Source: an uncultured Bacteroidota bacterium
GTDB taxonomy: Bacteria > Bacteroidota > Bacteroidia > UKL13-3
Length of the DNA: 64,000 nt
Assembly: GCA_903850915.1 (NCBI GenBank)
Contig: CAINMV010000009.1
Span: 64,599-128,598 of the forward strand
Direction: 5' to 3'
The notes beneath the pieces are model-generated. The model ran no database searches, was not told the origin of the DNA, and was given only the letters and a program-made list of their open reading frames with translations. Positions 51,569 to 61,729 of the stretch are shown piece by piece (position 1 is the stretch's first letter; each line of letters opens with the position of its first letter). The translations under genes were made by a program, and so were the position numbers.

Positions 51569-53887
51569 TCAATTTTGGATTACCTTCAATTTTGCAAATC
51601 TCAATATCAATACCTTTTTGCCATATTGTTCAAAGTCGATGATGGCTTTGCGTTCACTTCCTTTTCCTTCCATAGATGCCACGATTCCTTTGCCAAATCG
51701 CTGGTGTTCCACTAAATTTCCGGTATCTAGATTTTCCGTATTGTCTGCTTCGAAATTCGTTGGTTCGCTTGGCTGTGCTTTATGCAAGGGTTTGAAATTA
51801 ATGTCGGGTAGTATCAGTTTATTGGTGTTGCCCAACTGTGCCTTCAAAGAATTTGGCTTGAAGTTGCTGCGTTCTTCGTCTAAATTGAATTTACGTGTTG
51901 GTATATTAGGCTTAACAGGAGCCATAAACTGTGTGTATTCCACGGGTATTTCGTCTAAAAACCGACTCGGTTCATTACTAATGCGTTGCCCAAATCTAAA
52001 GCGGGTGTCAGCAAAGCTTAATGTTACTTTACGCTCGGCTCTGGTGATAGCAACATAAAACAACCTTCGTTCCTCTTCTAAATCATTGCGCGATGACAAT
52101 GCCATTTGACTTGGAAATAAATTCTCTTCCATTCCCACCAAATATACATGAGGGAACTCTAAGCCTTTTGCAGCATGAATGGTCATTAATGTCACCTGAT
52201 CAGTATTCTCACTGTCTTTGTCGGCATCGGTGAGTAAAGCAATATCTTGTAAATACAAATCTAGTGTAATCGGCTCTCCACTTTCATCTTTGGCCTCACT
52301 AAATTCTTTTATACCGTTTAAAAGCTCTTCTACATTTTCGAAACGGCTCATACCTTCCACGGTCTTATCTTCGTAAAGGTCTTTTAATAAGCCACTTTCT
52401 TTAGCTACACGATAGGCCACGTCGTAGGCGCTCTTTCTGGTGAGTTCAGAAGCGAAACTTTTTAAAAGTAAAACAAACTCATGCACTTTATTGCCAGAAC
52501 TTCCTACTTTGTTTAATTCATGGCTATTAATTATTTCCCAAATGGATTTATTTTGTTCGTTGGCCAACAAACTAATTTTATCCATGGTGGTCTTTCCAAT
52601 TCCTCTTACTGGATAATTAATAATCCGCTTTAACGCCTCTTCATCATTAGGATTGACGAGCAATCGGAGGTAGGCAATTAAATCTTTGATTTCTTTTCGT
52701 TGATAGAAACTCATGCCACCATAAATTCGATAGGCAATATTCATCTTACGCAACGCTTCTTCTAATGCTCTACTTTGTGAGTTGGTTCGATATAAAATCG
52801 CAAACTCTTTGTTGAACATCTGATGTTGCATCTTGTCTTCGAAAATTAAATCAGCAACAAGCTTACCTTCATCATTGTCTGTAAGTGTTTTGAAAATTTT
52901 AATCGGATCGCCTTGAGCATTATCGGTCCAAACGTTTTTCTCTAATTGATCTTTGTTCTTTTTTATTAGTTCACCTGCAGCCTTTACAATGGTTTGTGTG
53001 CTTCTATAGTTTTGTTCTAACTTAAAGGTTTTCATTTCCGGATATTCCCGGTTGAAATTTAAGATATTACGAATGGTGGCACCACGAAATGCATAAATAC
53101 TTTGGGCATCATCACCAACAACACATATATTATGGTGTACTGCCGCAAGCATCTTTAAAATCATGTATTGTGAGAAATTGGTATCTTGATACTCATCAAC
53201 CATGATGTACTCAAACTTATGCTGATAGTGCTCTAATATTTCAGGGAACTTGTCGAGTAGCTCGTACATTTTCAAAAGCAAATCATCGAAATCCATGGCC
53301 CCCGATTTAAAGCAACGTTGCGCATAAGTGGCATATATCTCGGCCATTTTACTTAAACCTGCAGTTTGGTCGGAAGCCTCTTTCTCTTTATCCTTATAAT
53401 AATCGTAAGGAAATATCAACGCATTTTTTGCTTGTGAGATTCGCGTGTAAACAACATTGGGTTTATATACTTTATCGTCCAGACCCATTTCATTGATGAT
53501 CGTTTTTAACAGGCTTTTGGCATCATCAGTATCATAAATTGTAAAGGTCTTCGGATAACCAAGTTTATCAGCTTCAATACGCAATATTTTAGCAAAAACA
53601 CTATGGAAGGTGCCCATCCACAAGTTCTTTGCTTCGCCGCCTACCACTTTCTCAATGCGAAGTCGCATTTCTTTCGCTGCTTTATTGGTAAAGGTTAGTG
53701 ATAAAATACGAAACGAATCGATATTTTGCTGAAGCATATACGCGATGCGATAGGTCAGTACACGAGTTTTGCCAGATCCGGCACCTGCTATTATCATCAC
53801 CGGACCTTCAATGGCTTTTACTGCTTCTTGTTGGGCGGGATTAAGTTCTTTTAAATAGTCTACTGAAGTTTGCAATTCTTTACTCAC
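51569..53887 (-). CDS. ATP-dependent DNA helicase, UvrD/PcrA/Rep family
   Basis: LNPAQQEAV...IIAGAGSGKTRVLTYRIAYML, DEYQDTN, 772 aa. Confidence 0.85.
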   Translation of the reverse strand: MSKELQTSVDYLKELNPAQQEAVKAIEGPVMIIAGAGSGKTRVLTYRIAYMLQQNIDSFRILSLTFTNKAAKEMRLRIEKVVGGEAKNLWMGTFHSVFAKILRIEADKLGYPKTFTIYDTDDAKSLLKTIINEMGLDDKVYKPNVVYTRISQAKNALIFPYDYYKDKEKEASDQTAGLSKMAEIYATYAQRCFKSGAMDFDDLLLKMYELLDKFPEILEHYQHKFEYIMVDEYQDTNFSQYMILKMLAAVHHNICVVGDDAQSIYAFRGATIRNILNFNREYPEMKTFKLEQNYRSTQTIVKAAGELIKKNKDQLEKNVWTDNAQGDPIKIFKTLTDNDEGKLVADLIFEDKMQHQMFNKEFAILYRTNSQSRALEEALRKMNIAYRIYGGMSFYQRKEIKDLIAYLRLLVNPNDEEALKRIINYPVRGIGKTTMDKISLLANEQNKSIWEIINSHELNKVGSSGNKVHEFVLLLKSFASELTRKSAYDVAYRVAKESGLLKDLYEDKTVEGMSRFENVEELLNGIKEFSEAKDESGEPITLDLYLQDIALLTDADKDSENTDQVTLMTIHAAKGLEFPHVYLVGMEENLFPSQMALSSRNDLEEERRLFYVAITRAERKVTLSFADTRFRFGQRISNEPSRFLDEIPVEYTQFMAPVKPNIPTRKFNLDEERSNFKPNSLKAQLGNTNKLILPDINFKPLHKAQPSEPTNFEADNTENLDTGNLVEHQRFGKGIVASMEGKGSERKAIIDFEQYGKKVLILRFAKLKVIQN

Positions 53888-53987
53888 GGCACAAATTTAA
53901 GCAAAAGCAAGCAATGCATTCCACAATTGATCCCCAAAGACAACCTACTTTTTGACTTTTCAAAAAAAAAATCTATGTTTGAAAACT

Positions 53988-56537
53988 ATGAAGCAATTTT
54001 ACCCGAAGTTTATTTTAGTGCTTTTAGCTGCCACGCTTTCAGGAATCGTTTTCTCGACGAAGGAAACAGAAAATGAGACGCAAAGCATTCTTAACTATTT
54101 TGAACTGATTTTATCGCGGCAAGCTGGTCCAACGGGCAAGGTGGAGGCTTCCGATGTGTATCAAGTAGAACAGCAAATTCAAAATTTAAGTTCTTCCCAA
54201 AATAAAACCAACGGATCAACGCTAATTTGGAACGAACTTGGACCAGACAATGTTGGTGGTCGCACACTTGGCATTCTTGCCGATAATCAACACAACGGCT
54301 GGATTTATGCTGGCGCTGCCAGCGGTGGTGTTTGGCTGTCTAAAACTGGCGGGTCTTCATGGTATCATATCTCAAACAATAGCGACTTTTATGAGAATTT
54401 ATGTGTGAGTAGCATTACGCAAACACCAAATGGAGACATCTATTTTGGAACAGGCGAAGGTAGCTTTGGTGGATTAAGAGGAGGCGGTGTTTGGCGCAAG
54501 GATAAAGACAGTACTGAATTTCGTCGTTTGAATAAAACTAATCCTGCGGTAGGTGGAACCATTTGGAACAACACCAATTTTATGGCGGCCTCTTCAAAAA
54601 GAAATAGGGTATATGCAGGCAATGAAGGTGGACTATATATTAGTGATAATAATGGTGCTTCTTGGACTATTGCCAGTGGGGCAACTTCGGGCAACTGCAC
54701 AGAGGTGAAAGCGGATTCTGATGGCACTGTGGTGGCTATCATCAATAAGAAAATATACATAAGCACAAATGATGGCGACGCATTTACCTTATCATCCAGT
54801 GGCCTTCCTAGTGTTGGTTTAGTAGGTCGTTCCACAGTTGCAATATCCTCGAAAAACACAAATTACATCTATTGCGTCTATTCCAAAACGGGAACTAATG
54901 ATTGCTATGGTGCTTACCGTACTATAGATAAAGGGGTTACTTGGAAATTAATCGAAGCAGGAAATCCATACTTTAATCCGTTCAATGATCAAGGCTGGTA
55001 CGACATCTGTAGCGCTGTGGATCCAGAAAACGAAAATAGATTATTTCTAGGTGGTGTTACATTTTGGGAATGGAATGGCCCGGGTACAAATTTTATGCGC
55101 ACAGGCACAAATATCCATTCGGATTTGCATAATATAACCATCGATCGACGTACCAATCCATATACCATTGTTATCGGAAGCGATGGAGGCGTTTACAAAA
55201 GTAACGATAAAGCAAAATCATTTTATTCTGCCTTAAAACTTTATACCACTACACAGTTTTATAGCATGTCGGCCTCGCGTGAAGAAAATGTTGTAGGAGG
55301 CACTCAAGATAATGGAACGCAATACATTAACAAACTCGGTAATACAGTTAAGTCATCATACAATATTTTGGGTGGTGATGGTTTTTTTTGTGAGTCAGGT
55401 TGGCACGATGTGGCTGAAACAAAATTCGCTGAGTCGCAGTTTGCAAATCTAAAAAGGAATAAAGGCAATGGAGCTATGCAGCCTTTTTATGATGACGAGG
55501 CTTTAAAATATATTGGAGATGCCAGTGGTGGTTTCTCTGGAAGTGGAAATGGTCAATTTAGCTCTCCATTTACGCTATGGGAGCATACTACCAACGATAC
55601 CATTTCGTATTTTGCTATCGGAGTGCGAGGGGCAATTTACTTTACAAAAGGGGCAACCAATTTTGCCGCTACTGGTGGCTCAAAATGGTATAAATTGGCT
55701 TCTTTTAATGGTAATGTCAATTGTGTCGAATTTAGTACCGATGGAGATATGTTGTTCTTTGGTGTTGGCAATGCGCTATATCGCGTAAGTGGGATTAATA
55801 CCGCCGTGTTTGATGAGACGTTTAGTGCTAATCCTGCAACGCATGGCATCAAATTTAATTCACTTTCTCTTAATTCCTTAGGAACGAGTGTGCAGGGTGT
55901 CGCATGCGACTTGTTGTATCCAAACCGGATTTTAATTGCCACAGGTAACTATGGTTTTACCGACCATGTTTTTATTTCACGTAATGCGGATGACATTTCT
56001 GCAAATGTGAAATTTAGTTCGGTGCAAAGTAATTTACCTGCATTCCCATGCTATGATGTTGCTTTCGATTATGGAGATAGCAGTACCTTTTTAGTTGGCA
56101 CGGAATATGGATTATTTGCCACATTTAATAGTGGGTTAAGTTGGAGTGAACAAAATACGGGTATGTCGCGCGTTGCTGTTTATCAGGTTCGTCAATATAT
56201 CGACAAACGTCAGCCTTGGAAGGGCTCCACGTATTATTTGGCTACCTTTGGCAGAGGTATGTTTAAAAGCACCTCGCTTACAACAGGCATAAATAAAAAT
56301 ACACCGAAGGTTATTCATGAGTTTTGTGTTTTTCCAAACCCTGCTTCGCTCGTTCTATCTATGCAAGGATTGCATAGTGGAGTAGTAAACATATACGATA
56401 TGCAAGGCTGCAAACTATTCTCACAGTCAGTGCAAGCCAATGAAACAACGGATGTTTCGCAGTTGAAAAAAGGAAACTATATTTTTGAGCTCATCGAAAA
56501 TGGCCAACGAAGTGTAACCAAATTTGTGAAGTTGTAG
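53988..56537 (+). CDS. secreted BNR/sortilin-like repeat beta-propeller protein with T9SS C-terminal sorting domain
   Basis: Signal peptide from MKQFYPKFILVLLA. Repeated SxDxGxxW motifs. C-terminus CVFPNPAS...GNYIFELIENGQRSVTKFVKL (T9SS CTD). Confidence 0.65.
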   Translation: MKQFYPKFILVLLAATLSGIVFSTKETENETQSILNYFELILSRQAGPTGKVEASDVYQVEQQIQNLSSSQNKTNGSTLIWNELGPDNVGGRTLGILADNQHNGWIYAGAASGGVWLSKTGGSSWYHISNNSDFYENLCVSSITQTPNGDIYFGTGEGSFGGLRGGGVWRKDKDSTEFRRLNKTNPAVGGTIWNNTNFMAASSKRNRVYAGNEGGLYISDNNGASWTIASGATSGNCTEVKADSDGTVVAIINKKIYISTNDGDAFTLSSSGLPSVGLVGRSTVAISSKNTNYIYCVYSKTGTNDCYGAYRTIDKGVTWKLIEAGNPYFNPFNDQGWYDICSAVDPENENRLFLGGVTFWEWNGPGTNFMRTGTNIHSDLHNITIDRRTNPYTIVIGSDGGVYKSNDKAKSFYSALKLYTTTQFYSMSASREENVVGGTQDNGTQYINKLGNTVKSSYNILGGDGFFCESGWHDVAETKFAESQFANLKRNKGNGAMQPFYDDEALKYIGDASGGFSGSGNGQFSSPFTLWEHTTNDTISYFAIGVRGAIYFTKGATNFAATGGSKWYKLASFNGNVNCVEFSTDGDMLFFGVGNALYRVSGINTAVFDETFSANPATHGIKFNSLSLNSLGTSVQGVACDLLYPNRILIATGNYGFTDHVFISRNADDISANVKFSSVQSNLPAFPCYDVAFDYGDSSTFLVGTEYGLFATFNSGLSWSEQNTGMSRVAVYQVRQYIDKRQPWKGSTYYLATFGRGMFKSTSLTTGINKNTPKVIHEFCVFPNPASLVLSMQGLHSGVVNIYDMQGCKLFSQSVQANETTDVSQLKKGNYIFELIENGQRSVTKFVKL

Positions 56538-56636
56538 CACGTTTTTAATGTTCTAATTTTCCGTATTTCATTTTTTACACCTTACCTTTAAGGATTGTGT
56601 TTTAAGACTTACCTTCGCGCCTTAATTTTTTTCTCT

Positions 56637-58013
56637 ATGAAGTTTGAAAATGTTAGTATCGAAAAAGCGGTTAACGAAGGCAAGTGCATTACTAGAATCG
56701 ACAACATGGTGGTTTTCACCGAACGCACTGTGCCTGGCGATGTCGTGGATTTAGAATATTTCAAGAAACGGAAAAAATTCGCAGAAGCGAAAGTTACTCA
56801 ATTTCATAGCAGGGGAGATGATTATAGTGCACCCTTTTGCCCACAGTTTAACCATTGTAGTGGTTGTAAATGGCAACAAATGAAATATGCAGCGCAGCTT
56901 AAACTAAAACAAATTACCGTTGAGGAATCTCTTGTGAATATTGGTAAGTTGGCGCTACCCGAAATTAACACTATTTTAGGGTCGGAAAATGAAACCTATT
57001 ATCGAAATAAAATGGAATATTCCTTCACACACAAAAAATGGGTGCCCAATTTGGCGCAACTTGATGTGGAGGAGCATAAAGCATTGGGCTTGCACGTTTC
57101 CGGACGATTCGATAAAGTGCTCGATATAGAAGACTGCCATCTCCAGGCAGACTTAGGTAATCAGATTCGTAATTTCGTGAAGGCCTTTGCTATTGAAAAT
57201 GGTTTTACCTTTTTTAACTTAAGAGATCAGGTGGGTTTATTACGAAATCTTATTGTTAGAAATAATCAAGCAGGCGAATGGATGTTTATTTTGATGTTCT
57301 CAGAGGATAACCAAGAAGCGATAGTGACAATTCTAGAGGCCGTGAGGCATAAATTCCCTCAAATAACATCGTTGCTTTATGTTATTAATTCGAAGCGTAA
57401 CGATACGATTACGGATTTAAAAGTGAATACCTATTTTGGCAATGAATACATAATGGAAAACATTGGTGCGCTACAATTTAAAATTTCACCTAAAGCTTTC
57501 TTTCAAGTTAATGTGCCTCAGGCAACGAAGCTATATGAGATAACAAAAAAATATGCAGCATTATCGAAAGACGATGTTGTTTACGATTTATATACTGGAA
57601 CAGGAAGCATAGCCTGTTTTATTGCAGATAAATGCAAAAAGGTAATTGGCTTGGAATATGTCCCGGAAGCTATTGAAGATGCTAAGGTGAATGCTACGTT
57701 GAACGGAATAACAAATACTGAATTTTATTCTGGCGATATCAAAGATTTGCTCACCGCTGCCTTTTTCGAAACCCATGGTGCGCCCGATGTGATAATCACC
57801 GATCCTCCTCGTAGCGGTATGCATACCGATGTAATTGCTGCAATTATGAACGCGGCACCTAAACGCGTTGTTTATGTGAGTTGCAATGCCGCCACGCAAG
57901 CTCGAGATTTGGCATTGTTAGATGAAAAATATAAAGTTATGCAGGTGCAACCAGTTGATATGTTCCCGCATACAAGTCATGTCGAAAATGTGGTATGCTT
58001 GGAGTTGAAGTAA
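56637..58013 (+). CDS. rlmD: 23S rRNA (uracil1939-C5)-methyltransferase (RumA)
   Basis: TRAM domain, Fe-S cluster cysteines CPQFNHCSGC, SAM fold DLYTGTGSI, catalytic Cys near C-terminus. Confidence 0.75.
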   Translation: MKFENVSIEKAVNEGKCITRIDNMVVFTERTVPGDVVDLEYFKKRKKFAEAKVTQFHSRGDDYSAPFCPQFNHCSGCKWQQMKYAAQLKLKQITVEESLVNIGKLALPEINTILGSENETYYRNKMEYSFTHKKWVPNLAQLDVEEHKALGLHVSGRFDKVLDIEDCHLQADLGNQIRNFVKAFAIENGFTFFNLRDQVGLLRNLIVRNNQAGEWMFILMFSEDNQEAIVTILEAVRHKFPQITSLLYVINSKRNDTITDLKVNTYFGNEYIMENIGALQFKISPKAFFQVNVPQATKLYEITKKYAALSKDDVVYDLYTGTGSIACFIADKCKKVIGLEYVPEAIEDAKVNATLNGITNTEFYSGDIKDLLTAAFFETHGAPDVIITDPPRSGMHTDVIAAIMNAAPKRVVYVSCNAATQARDLALLDEKYKVMQVQPVDMFPHTSHVENVVCLELK

Positions 58014-58020
58014 GTGTTTT

Positions 58021-58440
58021 TTATCGTAACTCTTTTTTTAACATATAACCTTGCAGAATAATAACCGCAGCGGTTCGGTCAACTAAACTTTTATCACTTC
58101 GTTGTTTCTTATTTAGGCCGGCATCAATCATTGTTTTAAATGCCATGCGGCTTGTGAAGCGTTCATCCATCATCTCTACTGGGATATTGGGAAAATGTTT
58201 CTTGAAAAGGTTTATAAAAGCTTTCAATGGTACCGCCGAATCAGAAGCTGTTCCGTCCTCTTGCTTGGGTTCTCCAAAAACGATGGTTTCTACCCTCTCT
58301 TCTTGAAAATAAGTTTTAAAAAAGTCAAGGGCGTTTTTAGGATGAATTGTGGTGAGCGGTGTCGCAATAATTTGTAGGTTGTCGGTAACGGCAATACCCA
58401 TGCGTTTCGTGCCATAATCGATGGCCATTATCCTACTCAT
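58021..58440 (-). CDS. ruvX: Holliday-junction resolvase-like RNase H-fold protein YqgF
   Basis: MSRIMAIDYGTKRMGIAVTD. The internal Met start is preferred over the ORF-track start. Confidence 0.75.
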   Translation of the reverse strand: MSRIMAIDYGTKRMGIAVTDNLQIIATPLTTIHPKNALDFFKTYFQEERVETIVFGEPKQEDGTASDSAVPLKAFINLFKKHFPNIPVEMMDERFTSRMAFKTMIDAGLNKKQRSDKSLVDRTAAVIILQGYMLKKELR

Positions 58441-58695
58441 AGTTACAAAGATAAGGTAATTCTTGATTCTCGTTTTTAGGTAAAAAAATAAAAATAGCAT
58501 CAGATATTGTCTGATTCTCATGCGTTTGGATGCATTTGATTTGTTTTTTTTGTGATACTAGACTAGGTTTAAAAGTTTATTCAGTAAAGGGTTTAAGCGT
58601 TGTGCGGTGCAAAATAGTTATATTAATTCTCTTGAAAATGTAATCTTCATTTTGTAGATAAATGAATTATTGGTATCTTTGCAACCTCGAAAAAT

Positions 58696-58768
58696 GGAGC
58701 GGTAGCTCAGTTGGTAGAGCACAAGACTGAAAATCTTGGTGTCGGCGGTTCAATCCCGCCCCACTCCA
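58696..58768 (+). tRNA. tRNA-Phe (anticodon GAA)
   Basis: 73-nt cloverleaf read by hand: acceptor GGAGCGG/CCACTCC (one C5-A68 mismatch), D-arm GCTC-AGTTGGTA-GAGC, anticodon loop CTGAAAA, T-arm GGCGG-TTCAATC-CCGCC, discriminator A, CCA not encoded. Confidence 0.8.
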
Positions 58769-58776
58769 CATCCTTA

Positions 58777-58806
58777 AAAGCTGCAATTTTAATTGCAGCT
58801 TTTTTT
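58777..58806 (+). terminator. rho-independent terminator after tRNA-Phe
   Basis: AAAGCTGCAATT-TT-AATTGCAGCTTT perfect hairpin followed by T7. Confidence 0.7.
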
Positions 58807-58856
58807 GTTTACTTTACCTTGTATTCGTTTCCGTTTTAATCTTTATTCTTTTTATT

Positions 58857-59582
58857 ATGCCCACCAAAGAAATTGAATTTTTAGAAGGACCGCAGTCACG
58901 TTGGGAAGAATTTAAGTTCCTAAATGCTGTGCTTTTTGAGTTTATGAAAGGTTTACGTGCTCTGCATTTTGTCGGGCCCTGTGTCACCATTTTTGGTTCA
59001 GCACGTTTTAAAGAAGAGCACCCATACTATAAAGTGACCGAAGGGCTCTCCGCTTTAATAGCACAACTTGGTTTTACTATAATGACTGGAGGTGGCCCTG
59101 GTCTAATGGAGGCTGCGAATAAAGGGGCCAAGTCGGTAGGAGGGAAGTCGGTAGGTTGCAATATTGTGTTGCCAAAGGAGCAATATGCAAATCCTTACCT
59201 CGATAGAAGTGTCAATATTCGATACTTTTTCGTGCGTAAAACGCTACTCATTAAATACTCTTATGCCTTTGTGGTTATGCCTGGTGGATTTGGCACTCTC
59301 GATGAGTTTTTCGAGGCGTTAACCTTGGTACAAACAAAAAAGATTTCGAGTTTCCCGATCGTTATTTTCGATAAAGAATTCCATCAAAAACTGATGGATT
59401 ATGTGGAAATTTTGAAACAGAAAAACACAATTTCACCACTCGATCTCGGCCTTTATATGGTAACTGATAATATTGAAGAGGCGGTAACATACATCAAAAA
59501 CAATACTATAGAGCGTTTTGGCCTTTTACCAAAGAAGCGTATCAATCCATTATCATTTCTTGGAGAACGAAAGTTGAAATAA
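58857..59582 (+). CDS. LOG-family protein (cytokinin riboside 5'-monophosphate phosphoribohydrolase-like / TIGR00730 Rossmann protein)
   Basis: PGGFGTLDEFFEALTLVQT LOG signature, 241 aa. Confidence 0.7.
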   Translation: MPTKEIEFLEGPQSRWEEFKFLNAVLFEFMKGLRALHFVGPCVTIFGSARFKEEHPYYKVTEGLSALIAQLGFTIMTGGGPGLMEAANKGAKSVGGKSVGCNIVLPKEQYANPYLDRSVNIRYFFVRKTLLIKYSYAFVVMPGGFGTLDEFFEALTLVQTKKISSFPIVIFDKEFHQKLMDYVEILKQKNTISPLDLGLYMVTDNIEEAVTYIKNNTIERFGLLPKKRINPLSFLGERKLK

Positions 59583-59652
59583 CTAAACCTTAATGTTTAA
59601 TGGTTGTTCCTTAACGATTTCGCGTTCTTCGTTTAATAAATATTTGATTGGC

Positions 59653-60723
59653 CTAAGAAATGCCAACATAATATTTCTTACGCAACCAAAAGGCAACGTT
59701 TACCAAGGCTATTAACGCAGGTACTTCTACTAAAGGGCCAATCACGCCTGCAAAGGCTTCGCCACTATTTATTCCAAAAACACCAATTGCAACAGCTATG
59801 GCCAATTCAAAGTTATTGCCGGATGCCGTAAATGCAATTGAGGCGGTACGCGAATAGTCAGCTCCTAAATATTTACCAAGAAAGAAGCTTGCTAAAAACA
59901 TTATTATAAAATAAAGCAAGAGTGGAATAGCAATGCGAATCACATCTAACGGAATTTGCACCATAAGTTCTCCTTTTAAACTAAACATAATGAGGATGGT
60001 AAAAAGCAAAGCAACTATAGTGATCGGTGAAATGCGTGGGATGAATTTCTTTTCGAACCACTCTTCTCCTTTAATTTTTATAAAATAGTACCTGCTAATT
60101 ATACCGGCGGCAAAGGGAATGCCAAGATAAATCGCCACTGACTTCGCAATTTGTGCAATAGTAATGTTTACCTCAAATCCCTGAATTCCGAAGAATGGTG
60201 GTAAAAAGGTAATAAATAGATAGGCATACACACTATAAAGTAAAACTTGGAAAATGCTATTTAAAGCGACGAGACCAGCTGCATATTCTCTATTCCCCTC
60301 TGCTAGCTCATTCCAAACAATCACCATAGCAATGCATCGTGCAAGTCCAATAAGGATTAATCCAATCATATAGGATGGATAGCCTTGCAAAAAGATGATG
60401 GCCAATACGAACATTAATGTCGGGCCAATTACCCAATTGAGCAGTAAAGATGCGCCTAAAACACGTGTATTTTTAAAAACCTCACCCATTTTTTCATAAC
60501 GTACTTTTGCTAAAGGAGGGTACATCATTAAAATTAATCCTATGGCCAAAGGTATATTAGTTGTACCGGTTGCAAACGAGTTGATAAGGTTGGCGGAAGA
60601 AGGGATAAAGTAACCAATAGCTACGCCCAAAGCCATGGCTAGAAAAATCCATAAAGTTAAAAACCGATCAAGAAATCCGAGCGTCTTTCTTTGCTGGGTT
60701 CGAGTGCCTTTATTTAATGTCAT
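59653..60723 (-). CDS. arsB: arsenite efflux transporter ACR3
   Basis: About 10 TM helices. ACR3 signature GLARCIAMV. Start preferred at MTLNKG (60723) to avoid overlap. Confidence 0.8.
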   Translation of the reverse strand: MTLNKGTRTQQRKTLGFLDRFLTLWIFLAMALGVAIGYFIPSSANLINSFATGTTNIPLAIGLILMMYPPLAKVRYEKMGEVFKNTRVLGASLLLNWVIGPTLMFVLAIIFLQGYPSYMIGLILIGLARCIAMVIVWNELAEGNREYAAGLVALNSIFQVLLYSVYAYLFITFLPPFFGIQGFEVNITIAQIAKSVAIYLGIPFAAGIISRYYFIKIKGEEWFEKKFIPRISPITIVALLFTILIMFSLKGELMVQIPLDVIRIAIPLLLYFIIMFLASFFLGKYLGADYSRTASIAFTASGNNFELAIAVAIGVFGINSGEAFAGVIGPLVEVPALIALVNVAFWLRKKYYVGIS

Positions 60724-60742
60724 AGTAATTTTTAGCTTTGAG

Positions 60743-61216
60743 TTAACAGCAGCCGGCACCTGGAGTGCATAACGATGCAGCCGGCGTTCCAAGGTCAGCT
60801 AATTTTATTTTTCTTTTTTCAAGAGGTATCCCGCATTGATCCTCGGCCAAACATGCGGTTTCTTTTTGTGTTAAAACAAAGTCTTTTCCATTAAAATCTA
60901 AACCGTATTTCCCAATGGTATCCGACTGATATTCTACCTCTACCTCAAAATCACCCATCGCCAACATTTTCTCTGAAAGGTCGATAATGTTTAATAGTTT
61001 CTGAGGCTTGAGGCGGTGGTCAATATCATTAGCTTCCCAAAATTGGAAGTTTACCACTTTCTCCTGACGCATGGTTCCACCACAGTCAATAAAGTCTTTG
61101 GTAATTATGCCAACTTCGGTAATGTGAAAGTATTCAGGAACATAGGTTCCATTCGGTAAACGAAAGTTTAGAGCCTCGGTAGTGGCTAGTTTGTTTTTGA
61201 TTTCTGAAAGTTTCAT
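60743..61216 (-). CDS. uncharacterised ars-operon protein (157 aa) with C-terminal Cys cluster CTPGAGCC
   Basis: Lies between arsR and ACR3 on the same strand with 20-50 bp spacers. No ArsC, ArsD or ArsA motifs. Possibly a DUF6428-type protein (uncertain recall). Confidence 0.5.
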   Translation of the reverse strand: MKLSEIKNKLATTEALNFRLPNGTYVPEYFHITEVGIITKDFIDCGGTMRQEKVVNFQFWEANDIDHRLKPQKLLNIIDLSEKMLAMGDFEVEVEYQSDTIGKYGLDFNGKDFVLTQKETACLAEDQCGIPLEKRKIKLADLGTPAASLCTPGAGCC

Positions 61217-61264
61217 AGTTGAGTAATTTAAAGTTAACGTGTTGCAAAATTTAAGTTTTTCGAA

Positions 61265-61594
61265 TTAACAGCATTCCTTTTTTTGCGTCATTTTAAAATT
61301 TATATTGGCGAAATAGGATTGGAGTTTAATCATGTTTTTTTCATTGATGCAATAGCAGATGGAATTGCCTTCAATATTGCCTTTAATAAGCCCTGCGTTC
61401 TTTAATGCTTTCAGGTGTTGCGATATTGTAGCCTGTGCCAATGGCAATTCGCTAACGATGTCATTGCAAATGCAGGTATCGGCTTTTAACAGAAATTCTA
61501 TTATTGCAATGCGAGCAGGGTGTCCCATGGCTTTTGCCATAAGGGCAATATCATTCTGCTTTTCTGTGAAATTTCCAGCTTTACTTGCTCCCAT
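61265..61594 (-). CDS. arsR: ArsR/SmtB-family metalloregulator
   Basis: HTH with As(III)-site-like CICND in the position of the classical CVCDL, 109 aa. Confidence 0.8.
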   Translation of the reverse strand: MGASKAGNFTEKQNDIALMAKAMGHPARIAIIEFLLKADTCICNDIVSELPLAQATISQHLKALKNAGLIKGNIEGNSICYCINEKNMIKLQSYFANINFKMTQKKECC

Positions 61595-61663
61595 AACTTC
61601 CGTAATCTATAACGCAATATTACGATAAAGATTTCAGAGTAGAAGATATTATTTTGAATTCCC

Positions 61664-61699
61664 TAAAAAAGGAAAACCCTTCCGGTTCACGGAAGGGTT
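61664..61699 (-). terminator. rho-independent terminator after the T9SS cargo gene
   Basis: 10-bp stem AACCCTTCCG/CGGAAGGGTT with 5-nt loop. On the minus strand it is followed by a T-run (plus-strand A-run 61665-61676). Confidence 0.6.
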
Positions 61700-61729
61700 A
61701 CGATTATACATGAAGAGTTTTTTACGAAA

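Noticed and set aside
51618-52058. 146-aa plus-strand ORF
   Set aside because: Antisense inside the UvrD-family helicase gene.
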